A stretch of DNA of 64,000 nt from Octopus sinensis (lineage: Eukaryota). Where the stretch lies: contig NC_043001.1 of assembly GCF_006345805.1 (NCBI RefSeq), forward strand, positions 88,474,001 through 88,538,000, written 5' to 3'. The notes under the pieces were generated by a model. The model did not search any database and was not told the DNA's origin. It saw only the letters and a list, made by a program, of their open reading frames with translations. The first letter of the stretch is position 1. Each line of letters starts with the position of its first letter. Shown in pieces: positions 1 through 13,784 of the stretch. Position numbers and translations under genes: made by a program.

Positions 1-200
1 ACAGATATGAAGATCTTTAAATAGAGATAACTAGTATGTAGAGTACTGAAAACAGAAATGGTTTAAATATTGATAGGTGCCTTGGGAATGATTAAAATGC
101 AGAATCAAAACCTCCACCAGCACTTACAAATATGTGCAACATGCAGAAAATGATACCCCTAGGTACTGCATACACATTTCACACAGCATTTTCAATACAT
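1..200 (+). mobile_element. R4/Dong-like non-LTR retrotransposon 3' (REL endonuclease) relic
   Basis: Frameshifted remnants RYEDL..EI, IGALGMIK and MQK...LGTA match the R4-clade C-terminus. Confidence 0.5.
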
Positions 201-339
201 CAGAAAAGAGAAATCCAAAACAAACCATTGAACATATTCAAGGTACTCTGAGCTGTGCTCTGTAGTGCAGTGAAAAAATGCAATAAAAATAAGACAGCTA
301 AACCGCAATAGCAAAAACAACAGCAACAAGGACAAACAT

Positions 340-650
340 TTCAGGATGGAGTTAGTTGATTACATTAATTCCAGTACTGGCAGTTTATTTTATCAGCCCC
401 TTAAAGATGTAAGGCAAAGCTGACTTCAGTGGAATTTAAACTCAGAATATAATGATAATAATTGTTCCTAATTTAAAGGTAGGGGTTATTTTCTTTAATC
501 AAACTTGGTACTTGAGTGGTACTTTATTTTGTTGGCCCCAGATGGATGAAAGGCAAAATTGACCTATGCAGGATTTGAACAAAGAAAGTAAAAAAACTGG
601 AAGAAATACTGCAAAGTATTTTTTTTTGCTGACACTCTGATTCTGCTAGG
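340..650 (-). mobile_element. Two decayed tRNA-derived SINE copies (family A)
   Basis: Reverse complement of the GAGTTCAAAT...GCCTTTCATCC...AAATAAGTACCAG core found intact at 5201-5431. Confidence 0.7.
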
Positions 651-909
651 ACCTAACCAAAGAGATAAGGTTCTAGAACATAAAAATGAAAGTTGTGTCT
701 GTAACAACTGATGCACTCAGTTCAACACCTAAGTAACCACCTTAGAGATTGCATAAAATTGGAATTACAACCTGAATTGAGGGCCTGCAGAAAAGTGCCA
801 TCCAGTAATCCTGCAAGAACCTTAACCCAAATTTTTAAGATTTGAGAAGATTTGTTTTCTTCAAATCTCAGGATAACATCTCTGCTTATAAAATTAGCAT
901 GTAATAGCT

Positions 910-928
910 TATAATAATAATAATAATG

Positions 929-959
<31 letters not shown>

Positions 960-1010
960 TAATAATAATAATGATAATAATAATAATAATAAGAAGAAGA
1001 AGAAGAAGAA
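910..1010. repeat. (TAA)n followed by (GAA)n microsatellite
   Basis: Direct reading; explains the poly-Y/poly-L ORFs at 722-1159. Confidence 0.95.
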
Positions 1011-2149
1011 TAAAAACTCATAATCAGTTGTAACATGTTGATACTTGAATAAATAGAGCTGTAAGTGACAGGATACAATTTTGACTGTTTGCACCAATGT
1101 TTCTGTATATTTTTAACTGCAGCAGGTTCTTCATCCCTTAGTTTCAATATTTTCATCAAAAGGAAAAAAGAAAAAGTAGTAAAATAGTAAAAAATGTATT
1201 GTTATATTGTTGGCACCAACCCTATTTCCATATTGTTATCTGTCAGGAATTTTTGCTATCTTTTTAGCATTCTACAAATTTAGCAGCTTTTCTTAGACAA
1301 TCAAGGTTCTATTGTTAATACTCTTTCATTTAGCAACATTTCATAAAATGATTTAGACATTTCAAACTATCAAAAATCTAATTTAGTATTGTGAAGAAAT
1401 CTGTTTTTACCGGATTGGCAGTAAATTGTCTGATTAACACATCTGATAAATGCCTTATGGTGTTTGTTATGGTTCTTTAAGTTCTGAGTTCACATCCTGC
1501 TGAGGTCAGCTTTGTCTTTCATCCTTTCAGGGTTGACAAAATGAATTACCTGTGAAGTTCTGGGTGTTGATGTACTTGACTAATCTCCTCTCCCTCAATA
1601 GCTGGCTTTGTGCCTAAATTAGAAACCATTATTAACTGTTCACATTGCATGGCTTTATAAATCTCTTGGAGAGTGTGATACATAAAATATTGGCTGTTTA
1701 CCAACAAAGCAAATCGTTGAGTTAGGAGTAAATAATAAAACTTTCTTTATTTGCCATAGTGATGATGATGATGATTTCTAATAAAAATAATCTTCCTTTC
1801 TTTGCTATTTTCTTGTTTAGTTTATGAAGATGCTTGAGGTATTAGAGTTCCAGATGTTTCAACCCATTCAATTTCAAATTCTGACAAGGTTGACATTGCT
1901 TTGTCACCTCCAGCATTAATAAAATAAATAAATGTTTGTGAGGTAGTGACTTCAGTCATTTAACTGTACACTTCACTGACAAAAAGCAATCTGATTAAAC
2001 AAAAGAAATTTATTATTAATATTCTGCTGTTACATGTTTATTGGTGTTGTAACTAGTTTGAGTATACTTCCTATCAAACCACAACTTATGGTCTAGAATG
2101 AGGAGCAACTTTTTGTCACTTTTATAAAAGTTTATATCTGTTTTTACTT

Positions 2150-2600
2150 TGCATTGAGGACTTTCTGGATAATTTTTACTGAACTAATGAAACAGATTTT
2201 CAGCATGGCATCCAGTCTCAAATTAAATTCTAGGGTTTCAAGGTTTGCTCTCAAATTCTCGGTCACTATTCCCAAGACCTCAATGATAATTGGCAGGATC
2301 ATGACTATGTTAACTTCTTTGTTCTAGTGTTTGAGGATTTTGTACTACAAGTCAATATACTACTGTGGTCTTTCTTTTTCTGGGTTTTAATATGAAATGG
2401 GCATGACCTGTCAATTGCAAGATATAGTTTCTTCTTTTTATCACTAGGTAAAATGTCTATTTTGTTGTTCTGTTCTCCTTTTAATTTGTATTCAGATGTA
2501 CCATAACAGCTTCATTTCATCATTTTTGAGGACTTCATTTATATCCCCACAAATGATCAAAGTTATTTCCTGTGCATGCAGAACCAAATCTTTTGCAAAA
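2150..2600 (-). mobile_element. R4/Dong-like retrotransposon C-terminal relic
   Basis: Minus strand reads ILPIIIEVLGIVTENLR, resembling the R4-clade VIPVVIGALG motif; highly decayed. Confidence 0.35.
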
Positions 2601-2621
2601 GCGATTCATTTGGCAATATCA

Positions 2622-3490
2622 TTAGGTGGTGAGCTGACTGAATTTTCATTGTGTCGAACAAAAATGCTTAACAGCATTTTTTATTGGCTCTTGAACTTTG
2701 CTTTCATCTGTTAAGGGTTGATAAAATAAAGTACCAGCCAAAGGGTGATGCAATCAATTAATTATATCTCTCTAAATTTGCTGATCTAGAGCCAAAATTT
2801 GAGACAATTATTACTTTTATTATTTGAATGATCTGAGTTCAAATTCCACCAAGGTTTGCTTTATAGAAAGGATTATTATTATTATGATGAAGAGGAAGAA
2901 GAAATAAGGTAGTGAGTTAACAAATGCTTGATGGCATTTTGTCTGTCTTTCCATTCTGAGTTCTGATTCTGCCAAAGTCGACTTGACCTTTCATTCTATC
3001 AGGGTCAATAAAATAAGTACCAGTCAGGTACTGGGGTTAATGTAATCAACTTGCTCCTCCCCTAAAAACTGCTGGAATAGGCCCTATAGTAGAAAGGATT
3101 ATCATCATCATCATCATCATTATTATCTTATATATTCAAACTTAAATTTCTGCTGTAGACAACCTTGATTTTCTTTTTTATCTTTGTGGAAGTCAATAAA
3201 ATAAGTACCAATAGGCTACTGGTGTCTATTAAATCAACTACTTTTCCACACACAACTTCTGCAGCCTTGTGCTCATGTTAGAAATCATAGTTGTCATTAT
3301 AGTGATTGATAACATAACACAATACTGGATAAATGCTTTGCAGTGTAAGATACATTGCAGTTTGAATCCTGCTAAGACTGACTTTATATTTCATCCTTCT
3401 AAGATTAATAGAATAAATACTAATACATTAGTTAACTATGCTCCTTTCTTGAAATGTTTGCCCATGTGCCTGTGTTAAAAGTAAATATCA
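2622..3490 (+). mobile_element. Head-to-tail array of decayed family A SINEs with (ATT/ATC)n tails
   Basis: Repeated GGTGAGCTG / TGAGTTCAAATT / AAATAAGTACCA / TAGAAAGGATTATT blocks. Confidence 0.75.
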
Positions 3491-5196
3491 ATATTATTAC
3501 TATTATCTCTTTTGCTTCTTTATATGTAATTTATGTTAATTATATTGGAAGAAGTTTTCAGTTCATTATCTGGCAGCTGATCTCTCTCTTCAAGTTGATT
3601 TCATTGCTACATTATGGTATCTACAATATTTTTAACCTTACTAACAAGTGGGTTTCTTGTTTACTATAAAGTTAAATGGTTAGCAGTAGGAAAAATACAG
3701 GAACTGTACTGAGTGTGACATAGCAATATGGATGTACAATAGATATTACTGGATAAGCAATTACCAAAAGTAGAAAATAGAGAAATGTTTAATTAAAGCC
3801 AGTTTTTAACTTTTAGCTCATCAAATCAAAAAAGATTTAGGCTAAATATTTAAGATTGTTGCCTGTAATTGAAACTATAATTGCATCAATGTCTCCACAG
3901 ACTGCAGAAACTTTCAGAAGTGTCTGCTAGTTGCACTGCATGGCCTGCTACAACATAGCATATCTTGAGGTTAATTTCAGCTTGCTGAACTGAACAACCC
4001 AATAAAACCTGAAGATTCACTGTAAAATAAGAACTCAACTGACAAAATAGTTTGCTTTTACATCTCAAAATAATTTGAATGGTGTTTATTTTTTTGATAT
4101 TTGTTTGTTTCTGTTGTTACTAAAATCTCTTACAGTTTAAATATTTCTTGTTCCCATTTTTTTTAACATGTTTTCTTTTGCTTACATGATATATTTTACA
4201 CTGTTTATAATATTTATTTTGTTTGTCTCTGTTATGAGTTGAAATCTCACCAATGTTGGCAGTTAATTGCTTGGGGTTTAAAAGATGCATTACAAATATA
4301 CATGGGACTCAATTTGGTTGACCATTCATCCTTCCCTCTACTAAATACCTGGAGGTACTCACTCTATTTGACAGCCATTTCCATTATTAGCTACCCATTC
4401 TGATGTTTACATTTTATCATCTTATATGTAGTTAAGGTATCATGGGCTGCCCACATTTCCTTTCTCCACCATCAACTACCCAATGTGCAATTAGTAGTGA
4501 CTGTAATATCTTTACTGTATATAGTTTCATCCTACTTGATTCAGAGTTCAAATCTTATTTGTAACTAATTTCACTTTTCAGCTATTTGTAGTTAGTACAA
4601 TGAGAATTTGTAATATATTTGTACTAAGTCAGAACTATACACCTTTTCTAGACCTTGGGATTGTAATAGGTTGAAGTAATCAGTATTTATTGTAACACGT
4701 AAATAAAAATAATCATAGAATATGAAAATAGTTATATGATAGGATGTATACTGTTGCTTGGCAGAATCAGTTGGTCATTAAATATAATACCTTGTGTTTT
4801 TAACTATGGATTTTTACATCCTAAGGTCAAATCCTACCAAAGTCAACTTAATTTTTCGCCATTCTGGGTTGATAAAATAAGTCCAAATTAAAAAGTAAGA
4901 GAAATTTAATCGACTTCACTTCTGCTTATGTTTGTGGTCTAGTATTTATGTTAGAAAGCACCACACAACAGTAAGAGAGGTGGGTAACAAATTGGTAAAG
5001 TAATATACAAAATTGCTTTGTGGTATTAATTAAGATACTTTTACATTCCAAATTTGAGTTTCTCTGGGACTGATTTTGCCTTTTATACTTCCAGGGCCAA
5101 TAAAATAAACATCATAAATGTATTGTGATTAGTACAGTTGATCATAAACATTTCTCAAAATTCTTGGATTTATATGTTAGAAACTATTAATGTTAT

Positions 5197-5615
5197 ATAA
5201 AGGCGGTGAGCTGGCAGAAACGTTAGCACGCCGGGCGAAATGCTTAGCGGTATTTCGTCTGCGTTACGTTGTGAGTTCAAATTCCGCCGAGGTCGACTTT
5301 GCCTTTCATCCTTTCGGGGTCGATAAATTAAGTACCAGTTACGCATTGGGGTCGATGTAATCGACTTAATACCTATGTCTGTCCTTGTTTGTCCCCTCTG
5401 TGTTTAGCCCCTTGTGGGTAATAAAGAAATAGGTATTTCATCTGCTGTTACATTCTCAGTTCAAATTCCACCAAGGTCAACTTTGCCTTTCATCCTTTCG
5501 GGGTTGATAAATTAAGTACCAGTTACACACTGGGGTCGATGTAATTGACTTAATCCCTTTGTCTGTCCTTGTTTGTCCCCTCTATGTTTAGCCTCTTGTG
5601 GGCAATAAAGAAATA
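5197..5615 (+). mobile_element. Young tRNA-derived SINE (family A), full unit plus 5'-truncated second unit, with 18-bp TSD
   Basis: CpG-rich unit 5201-5431 with A-box-like and B-box (GAGTTCAAATT) motifs; partial unit 5432-5615; AGAAACTATTAATGTTAT at 5179-5196 and 5616-5633. Confidence 0.9.
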
Positions 5616-5850
5616 AGAAACTATTAATGTTATTATCAGCAGACATTAGATCTTAGTATTTTTTAACTTGACATTGACTTAGTTAATCCTCTCTGGGATG
5701 TCCTGTAATTACTGTGAATTCCTAATTCAGCTTTCTCCAGGTAAAATAGTCAGAATCTTAATATTTTTGTCAGAATATAAAAATATTAAGAATATGAAGT
5801 GTCAGTTGTCTCAAACAGCCATTTTGGAGAAGCATTTCATACCATGCCTA

Positions 5851-5909
<59 letters not shown>

Positions 5910-5999
5910 TACATACATACAAGTAAAAGAGTTTTCAGAAAACATAAATCTGAAAGAAGCAGCACACTCTAAAATGTAAAGTAGTGTATATTAAAAATA

Positions 6000-6119
6000 G
6001 GGAAGTCCAGTTTAAGAGGCCATGGGCCAACAGGTTCTTGTTGGGATCTGATGATACACCATAAAGCTAAGCTCTTTATGGATAGGAAACCTAAGGTAAT
6101 CCATTAAACTGGCCTTCCC
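6000..6119 (+). ncRNA. Type I hammerhead ribozyme motif
   Basis: CTGATGA 6048-6054; stem II CCATAAAG/CTTTATGG (6059-6066/6074-6081); GAAA 6086-6089; stem III ACC-taa-GGT; GUA triplet 6096-6098; stem I GGAT/ATCC plus distal 15/16-bp helix 6000-6015/6104-6119. The base of stem II is non-canonical. Confidence 0.75.
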
Positions 6120-6125
6120 CATTTT

Positions 6126-6182
<57 letters not shown>

Positions 6183-6723
6183 GTGTATGTTTATGTACAA
6201 ACACACACACACAATATATATATATATATACACACAGGTATATAAATTAAACAATATTGGAGTATATACACACAGGTATATAAATTAAGCAATATTGGAG
6301 TACCAATATTTTTTCTCAAGTAGACTTAACTTGTTAGGCAATTCATTCTCACTGCAAATATCACTTTAAAAATGTATTTCAATCAAACTTTCATTGATTT
6401 TAGTCTCTCAGGAATATCAATACTAGTCATTCTTAGTAGGCCCACATTATTCCAGCCTAAAGAGATGGACTTCTTAACAGTCCAAGTCTACTTAAACTAC
6501 AAACTGCATATGGTGATTGTTTTTAAAACTCTAACTCTGGAGGGCTGTTGATTTTCATGACTAAATCTTTTTTACATCTTTAGTGAATCTCTCTGGTTTA
6601 TTTTATATATATATATCTGTATATACTTTTTTTATTAAAGCTGCAAAATTATCACAGAACTGTTATTCAGAGTTTCATGTTCCCATTCATTTTTTCCACC
6701 TTGTTTTGCACCTATGTGCACAC

Positions 6724-6757
<34 letters not shown>

Positions 6758-7699
6758 TGAACTTGCATTAAATTATACTCTGTTAAATTGGATATCAGAT
6801 AAACTGAAATAAATCTAAGCTAGAAGAGTGACTATCAGTGTTGATTTCCCTGGTCATCTTTGAATATCAATGTTGAAGAGAGCATATATTGTGGATGTGT
6901 TAGTTGAGTACTATATACTAATAGTAGATTAATCATAACTATTAAGAAGCTCACTCAATATTACAATCAGAAATCAAAATGGGAAACTAATTTTTTTGCT
7001 CCTTTTTATAAAATACTGGGTAGTTGGAGGGATAATAGGAGAGTGACAAAAATAAGGACCTAAGACAAGTGATATTTCCTCTAGACTCGTTCTAGTTATT
7101 ATTAGCTTTTATTATGCTCATGTCTAAAAATATACACACTGCACATCTAACTAAATAAACTCTTAATTCTAGTATTTTAATTCATTCATCCTCTCTGTTC
7201 CCTGCTTCTATCTATCTGTATCCAATCTATTTGTTATAAGAAATATGTTATTATGGTGGAAAATTTTTTTGTATAAATTTGTTGAAAATCTGTTAATTAA
7301 CATTGATTTTTTTAATAATAATTCAGTTCTTGCAGTCTCATGATATAAATGGCCGTAATTTGTTTTCAAGTTTTATAGTATACACTCAGAAACAAAGATT
7401 AAGCACAGGATAAAGTTGCTGAAATTTGTATGTTTCTTTATGAATAAAATTTATACAAGACTAATAGTTTCAGTGTGGTACATACAGTGCACACTGTAAC
7501 AATAGCCACCATACACAACATGATACAACTTGTATTATTTGTCAATTTTCATTCACTACACATCTTTCAACCTTGCATTTTTACATCACAATTTCAAGAG
7601 TGTAATAATCCAAAGAAGCTTTTCACCTTGCCTATAAACCAGAAACTATAAGGACTGTAGAGGCTGGTGTTTTGGTGGTGAGAGTTTGTGAAGAGTATG

Positions 7700-8950
7700 C
7701 TGTTAAAAAGTGAACAAGGTTACACATATGCAAGGCTAAGGACAAACTTATTTCATTTTCTTTGAAATATTATAATGTAATTCTAAATCTTCATTTGTTG
7801 AGGAAGCATAAGAAAGTTATAAAAATACAAATCTTGAGAGGTAATGATCTGGTGTATCTGTCAGTAATCCTCTGTTATTAACTTCTAGGGTGTAGAAATG
7901 TCTAGTGTTGCTGCTATGTTAGCCAGGCATAAAGATGACAAGAGTTTTGAAGCTAATGACTGGTATTATGGTGATTTAGAAATCACTGTGGAATTAGTAA
8001 TAATATTACCCTTGGTAAAGCAAGAAGTGTACCAACCAAGGAAATGAACCATTCAGGAACAGGTTAACTAACTGAAGTATGAAGGGCTCATAATTTCCCA
8101 ATTAAATAACGATAATGAAACTGAGTTGTATTGGCATTCACTACTTTTAGAATAACTAAGATTTTAAGAATAAAGCCTTTTCACCTGGTCATAAATTAGG
8201 TAAATATTTTTTTGATGTTGTGTTGCATTTGCTGACAGTGTGCACCATTTAAAGTTAGTGGTGATGGGAAGATATCAGCACAGTGAGGTTTGCAAACAGT
8301 GCTCTAGCTACTAGTGCATTTTGTCATTCCAAGAAACTGTAGTTCAACATGCATATCTTTAATGATTTGTTTTTATTCCATTTCATTACTGCAGTGCATA
8401 AATACCCCTACAATGACCTCAACTTTCTACTGGTGAGCTGGAAGTGCCACTAATTTGGACAGTGCATCTGTTCACCCATTTGTCAGCAATAATAGTAAAA
8501 TAACGTACATGTTGCCCTCTATTGTTACCTCAACAATGCAGCCACAGCTTAAAAAACTAAACAAAGAAACTTCTGTAAGATTTTAAAAGATTTGAGGTTG
8601 GGTATTTACATTGTGTACTTTAGCAGACAAGTGAAACAGATGTCACACAGGAGAACATCAGAACCTGGCTAGTAAACATTGGGAGTGATCCTGGATAGCA
8701 AGTATTAACCAAAGAAGAAATAACTGATGAAGTTCTTGCTGTAACACCTGAGATAGTGATAATGAAGATGATAAAGTATAGCCCAAGAACTACAAACTCA
8801 CTATTATAGGAGTGTATCTTGACAGCAGGATTTCATAATTGATTTTTTAATTTTCAACAATATTATGAACACCTTTAGAGCCTTAAGGAAATTCATAATC
8901 TGGAAACCACATCGGCAGGTAAACAACTGAAATTTGACTCTTCAAGTCAG
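7700..8950 (+). mobile_element. Pogo/Tigger-like DDE transposase relic
   Basis: In order: NDNETELYW (~8108-8134; cf. NADETGLFW), HLKLVVMGR (cf. HKLKPLVIGK), LDSASVHP (cf. LDNAPGHP), LPSIVTSTMQP (cf. LPPNTTSLIQP). Many stops and frameshifts; ends approximate. Confidence 0.65.
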
Positions 8951-10344
8951 TTTGTTCAAACCTTGCTGAAGCTGTTCGGTCTACTGATAATATTGATGAC
9001 CTGCTGGTGATTCAGTCCCTTTTCAGTCACCTCAGATTTTGACAAGAAAAGGGGAAAGGATCAATGAAACATCATAGATCTAGTAATTCATAATGGCAAG
9101 TTATCTTCTGTATCTTTACTATCACATCAAGATCATTTGAAATTAAATGAAATTAACCATTTATGGTATTAACTTTTTAATTTTTTTCTTCCAGTAATGT
9201 TAAATAATTTCATAAGCTATATATGCATATGATTTGTATAGTTATGTGATGCTTACAGTAGTTTCTGTAATTTTGTTACTTTTTATCATGTTCAGCATAC
9301 ACTATATTTTTTCAGTATCATATGTGTATACAATACTAACCCTTACCATTGATTATCCTGGATGGTCCACTAAAAGAAATATGCTTCTCCTGTTATCATT
9401 TAGTGAGGGTTCACTGTGTCTATATGTGTGTGTGTGTAAGTGTGTATATAAATATATAGATATATTTATATCTACATATATGGAGCTTTTCAGTTATAAT
9501 GTATTAAAGAATACTCTCTACATTTGTATTGAGTTCCCTAATTTATCGCTTTTGGTGAATAAGAAGAGGTTTATATTTATGAATATAGATATTTATAAAT
9601 ATAGATGTCATCATTACATCTACATTTTCATACTTGCGTGGTTTATGTAAAATTCATTGAAACAAATTTTCGATGACTGGATTCTTGTCACCAACCTTTA
9701 CTTGTTACCAACCATGGTAAAAGTTCACCTTTGAGATATTCGAGACATGAACACATCAGTTACTGAACATGTTTTCATGCAAACAAATGACACTGTTTTT
9801 CTATGAGCTGTGACTTTGTGTGTGTGTGTTTGGGGGGGGGGGTGTTCCTCAATGTAGCTGTGTATGAATAAATTAAATGTGATCAAGGATGTTTATGTGT
9901 GTAGCATTTGTTCTATCTCAGGTATATAAATTATATATCACTGCGTCTTACATGAGCTTTGTCTAATGTCATCAACTACTGAGACCCGAAGCATTTTTCT
10001 GGCTCCATAGAAAAGATTTAGTCTTTGAGATATAATTTTGGCAATGTTATAGATATATAATTTATTCCTGAAGTATGAAATGCAAAATTAACTCCACTGG
10101 GTTTCGAAGCCAAAATGAAAAGTGACATAATTAGAAACTAATATATTGTCTAGTACTTTGCTATTTCATACAATTCATTGTCCGTGGGATCTGATGCAAC
10201 AGGTATTGAATCCAGCATATTATTAGGTTATATTTTCATCAGTGGTTAAATAAAAATAATAATTGCATAAACTTTGAACTGAATGCTTTATTGCCTTCAG
10301 TTTAGTTGTTTACTCCCTTAAGTCAGCTTTTACTGAATAATAAT

Positions 10345-10975
10345 AATTTCTGAAAATTTGGCGAAGGGGCTACTTGATTACATCAACCCAGTGCTTGGCT
10401 CGTACTTACTTTATTGATCCTGAAAAGATGACAAAGTCAACCTCAGCAGCATTTGAATTCAGAACGTAAAGAAGGACGAAATGCTTAGTGGCGTTTCATC
10501 CAGCATGCTTAATGATTCTGCCAGCTGGATATAATAATAATAACAATAATAATAATAATAATATGTATTAGGCACCAAGCTGGAAATTTTGAGAGGATGG
10601 GGAGCAGTCAAAACCATCAACAGTAGTTCTTGACTAATGCTTTATTTTATCATCCCTGAAAAGGTGCAAAACAAATGACCTTGGAAAGGTTTAAATTCAG
10701 AAGGTAAAATGCTGGAATAAATTCCACAAAGCATTTTCCCAACGCTTATGATTCTTCCACCAATAATTTCTAACATAGACAGGAGGCCATCATTTTTTGT
10801 TCTTTGCTATGAGGTATGAATTACTCAGTTAAATCCCCCACCCTGCCCAGTACTTGACCTTAGAAGAATGAAAACAAAGTTGACTGTGGTGGGATATGAA
10901 CTCAGAACATAAAAGGTTGTAACTAAACACTGCAAGGTATGTTGTCTGACACTAACAATTCTGCCAATCCATTAA
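10345..10975 (-). mobile_element. Array of decayed family A SINEs
   Basis: At least three reverse-oriented cores separated by (TAA)n. Confidence 0.7.
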
Positions 10976-12334
10976 ATTAGTACAATGTGCCTCACATTTA
11001 TTGTTGGGTGTAGGTATAATCAACTTAATTTTATCAACTTAGGATGTAAGCAAAAATTGACCCTGGCATTAGGGATGCCATTAAATAATGTCCTGCACTT
11101 GCTCTGGCATACTACATTTGGGATAAACCTCTACTACTTCATCAATATGCATTCCACCATGCAGTTCCAGGAATCTTTGTACCCCTATCCATATTAGCTT
11201 GGGTTCCCAATTTCATGTTGCATTTCTCTGCCAGTAGCATCAATGTAGCTAAGTGGTCTTCATGTACATTTTAGGGTGTAGAAACCTCCAAAATATATTA
11301 TCTGAAGTGGGCACTATTCAGTATGATAGCAGTTGTCAGCAAAGCTTTACCTGCACTAAGCAGCTATAGCAGAGATGGGTGAAATTTGTTCTTTCACTCA
11401 TTGACATCTCCTGTCAAACCATCCAACCCATGCCAGCATGGAAAATGGAGGTTAAATGATGATCATGATGATTTTCCATGCCAGCATGGGTTAGATGAAT
11501 ATATTATTGAGGAATTGTTTCACCTTCAGATCTCCTTCCTGTCAGAAACCCTTACTTGCTTTTCAAGTAAGAGAGCTTTCATTTCATGTCTTCAAAGATG
11601 CAAAGTGAGTGGATGATTTGTTGACAGAAGTGACAACAGCAGCAGCACTGCTCACAGGTCACAGCTTTTGTAGAGTACAAATGTAAGCAAACAAACACAC
11701 ACACATACATACACATAACAATGTAGTGTTGTACCCATGCAATAATTCGGTGTGTGATATAAAATTATTTCACTCAGTTTTGTATGCATCACATTAAAAT
11801 CCTCAAATGATTTTCTGAAATGTTATACAATGATCTATTATGTTACATTATTTTAAATTGTGCTTTGACTTTCTTTATTTATAACTTACCCATTTGGTAA
11901 CACTGCATGATTATCAATTAATAATGGTATGTTTACTTTTTAATTAACTGTAACTACTTTGCCCTCTGCGACTGCAAATCCATTTTAGTTACTGTATGAT
12001 GAATAATTTTAATTCCCAAAGGTGATTCCTTTATATAAAGTCAATTAGCCAAAACTTATTCAAAATCACATTATTATCCTTTGTAAAATGTATCGGCAAT
12101 AAGAAAGCTTTATAATTTATGTACAAGGCCTGTGAATTTTAGAGAAGAGTTGATTAAATCAACTTCAAAGTTAACTGCTATGTATTTTATTACCCTCAAC
12201 TTGAAATATGAGACATAACTAAATACAGCATGGCATCCTGTCAAAATGATTTTACCAATTCTGCCATTGGCTATAATAGTAATAGTTATAATAATGATGA
12301 TCATAATAATAATAAGAAGAAGAAGAATTTTTTA

Positions 12335-12535
12335 TATTTTCGGCGCAAGGCCTGAAATTTTTAGGAAGAAGGTTAGTCAACTACATCAACTCCAGTACTT
12401 CACTGGTACATATTTCATTGACCTCAAAAGGATGAAAGGTAAAGTTGGCCTTCATGGAATTTGAACTCGGAACAAAGGTGAATGGAAAACTGTCAAGCAT
12501 TTTGTCCGGTGTGCTAAGATTGTGCCACCTCACTG
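12335..12535 (-). mobile_element. Family A SINE
   Basis: AAGGATGAAAGG...GGAATTTGAACTC, reverse complement of the family core. Confidence 0.75.
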
Positions 12536-13784
12536 ACATTTTAGTAAAAAAAAAAAAATGATGATTTCTAATTTAAGCGCAATGTCAGCAAATTTCCAAT
12601 GCTCTAACTATTCTGCTAATATGTTAGTGTTATAAAGTACCCACTATGCAAAATTAATAAGGAATAATGGAAAACTAATTCAAATAACTACCAAATATGA
12701 CTAAAAGCCAAAAAGGTTTGTTTTCTGGTGTGAAAGAAACCAAAAATTACTAGACAGGCTGAAATGACCAATTGTTATGAAGAGGGAAACTAACAGCTGA
12801 AATCATGAAAGGGATAAAATCTACACAAGAATGTAACTACAGAATGTTATAAAATGATGGCTAATACATGAAGTTAAACAGGGTGGAAGTAGACAAGGAA
12901 AATGTACAACTTTGGCAGAAAAGGACAGGTGTCAAAGCTGAGATATTGCTTATATTTTCAGCCCCACTTCCCCAATACACAGAAACTTCTGGATCATTTT
13001 GTTTTCTGGACCATGGATAATTAAAATGAAACTTTACAACTGGATACTCTTAGAGAATGACAGTTCTATCAAAATAGTGTTGTCACAAATGCATAAGCCT
13101 TCAAATTAATCCATTTTAACTCTGATTGAAATCTGTCATACTCAGACTCTGGTTGTCAGACTGATTCTTTGTAATTTGGATTTGGATTATTTCTGTTCCA
13201 ACACATGGTTTCCATTTTAAATGTTTCAGTTGCTGAAGAGCAATGTATAAATTATATAGTGGACAAACCTAACAGCAGTTAGCATCTTAATATTTTACAA
13301 CTCTGTCTTTTTCTTTGTCACTCACTCGCTCACTCTTTCTTGCTCTCTGCTATAATTTGTACTGATTTTGTTTTCATTAGGACATAGTGTTTTAAATTCA
13401 AAAAAATATCTTGCAACTAGAGAATCATTGCTCACAGTGACAACCACAGAATGATATATGAAGAAGGCTCTGATAGTTATCGACCAAACATCTTAGCTAG
13501 AAATACATATTTGATAAATGTGTGTACTTTCTTTTAGTTTCTTTCTTGTAATTTCTTTTTGATGTGATATATTATGGAAAAGCCCATTAGTTTACTCTTC
13601 TCCTACTTATTCACTATGCAAATTGTGATTTATTTTTTAAAGCTATTCTCAATGTAAGTTTGTTTCTTAACCATGAGGTTCCAGGTTTGATTTAACTACA
13701 TAGCACATTAAACATGTACCTTCTACCATAGATTCAGGTTGACCAATAACTTGTGAATGGAATTTGGAGTCAGAAATTGTTAGA

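Noticed and set aside
722-1159. 145-aa poly-Tyr ORF and similar IY/CV/HT/LSIY repeat ORFs throughout
   Set aside because: Translations of microsatellites.
2624-2640. GGELTEF resembling the preceding CaMKII exon (VTGGELFEDIV)
   Set aside because: It is the GGTGAGCTG head of a family A SINE and no FEDIVAREYYSE follows. I did not find the upstream exon or the GFAGTPGYLSPE exon; they probably lie outside the window.
5201-5290. tRNA-like sequence
   Set aside because: It is the head of a multi-copy SINE with a TSD and no clean cloverleaf.
6223-6302. 39-bp direct repeat, two copies
   Set aside because: Simple local slippage next to TA tracts; no spacer structure, so not CRISPR-like.
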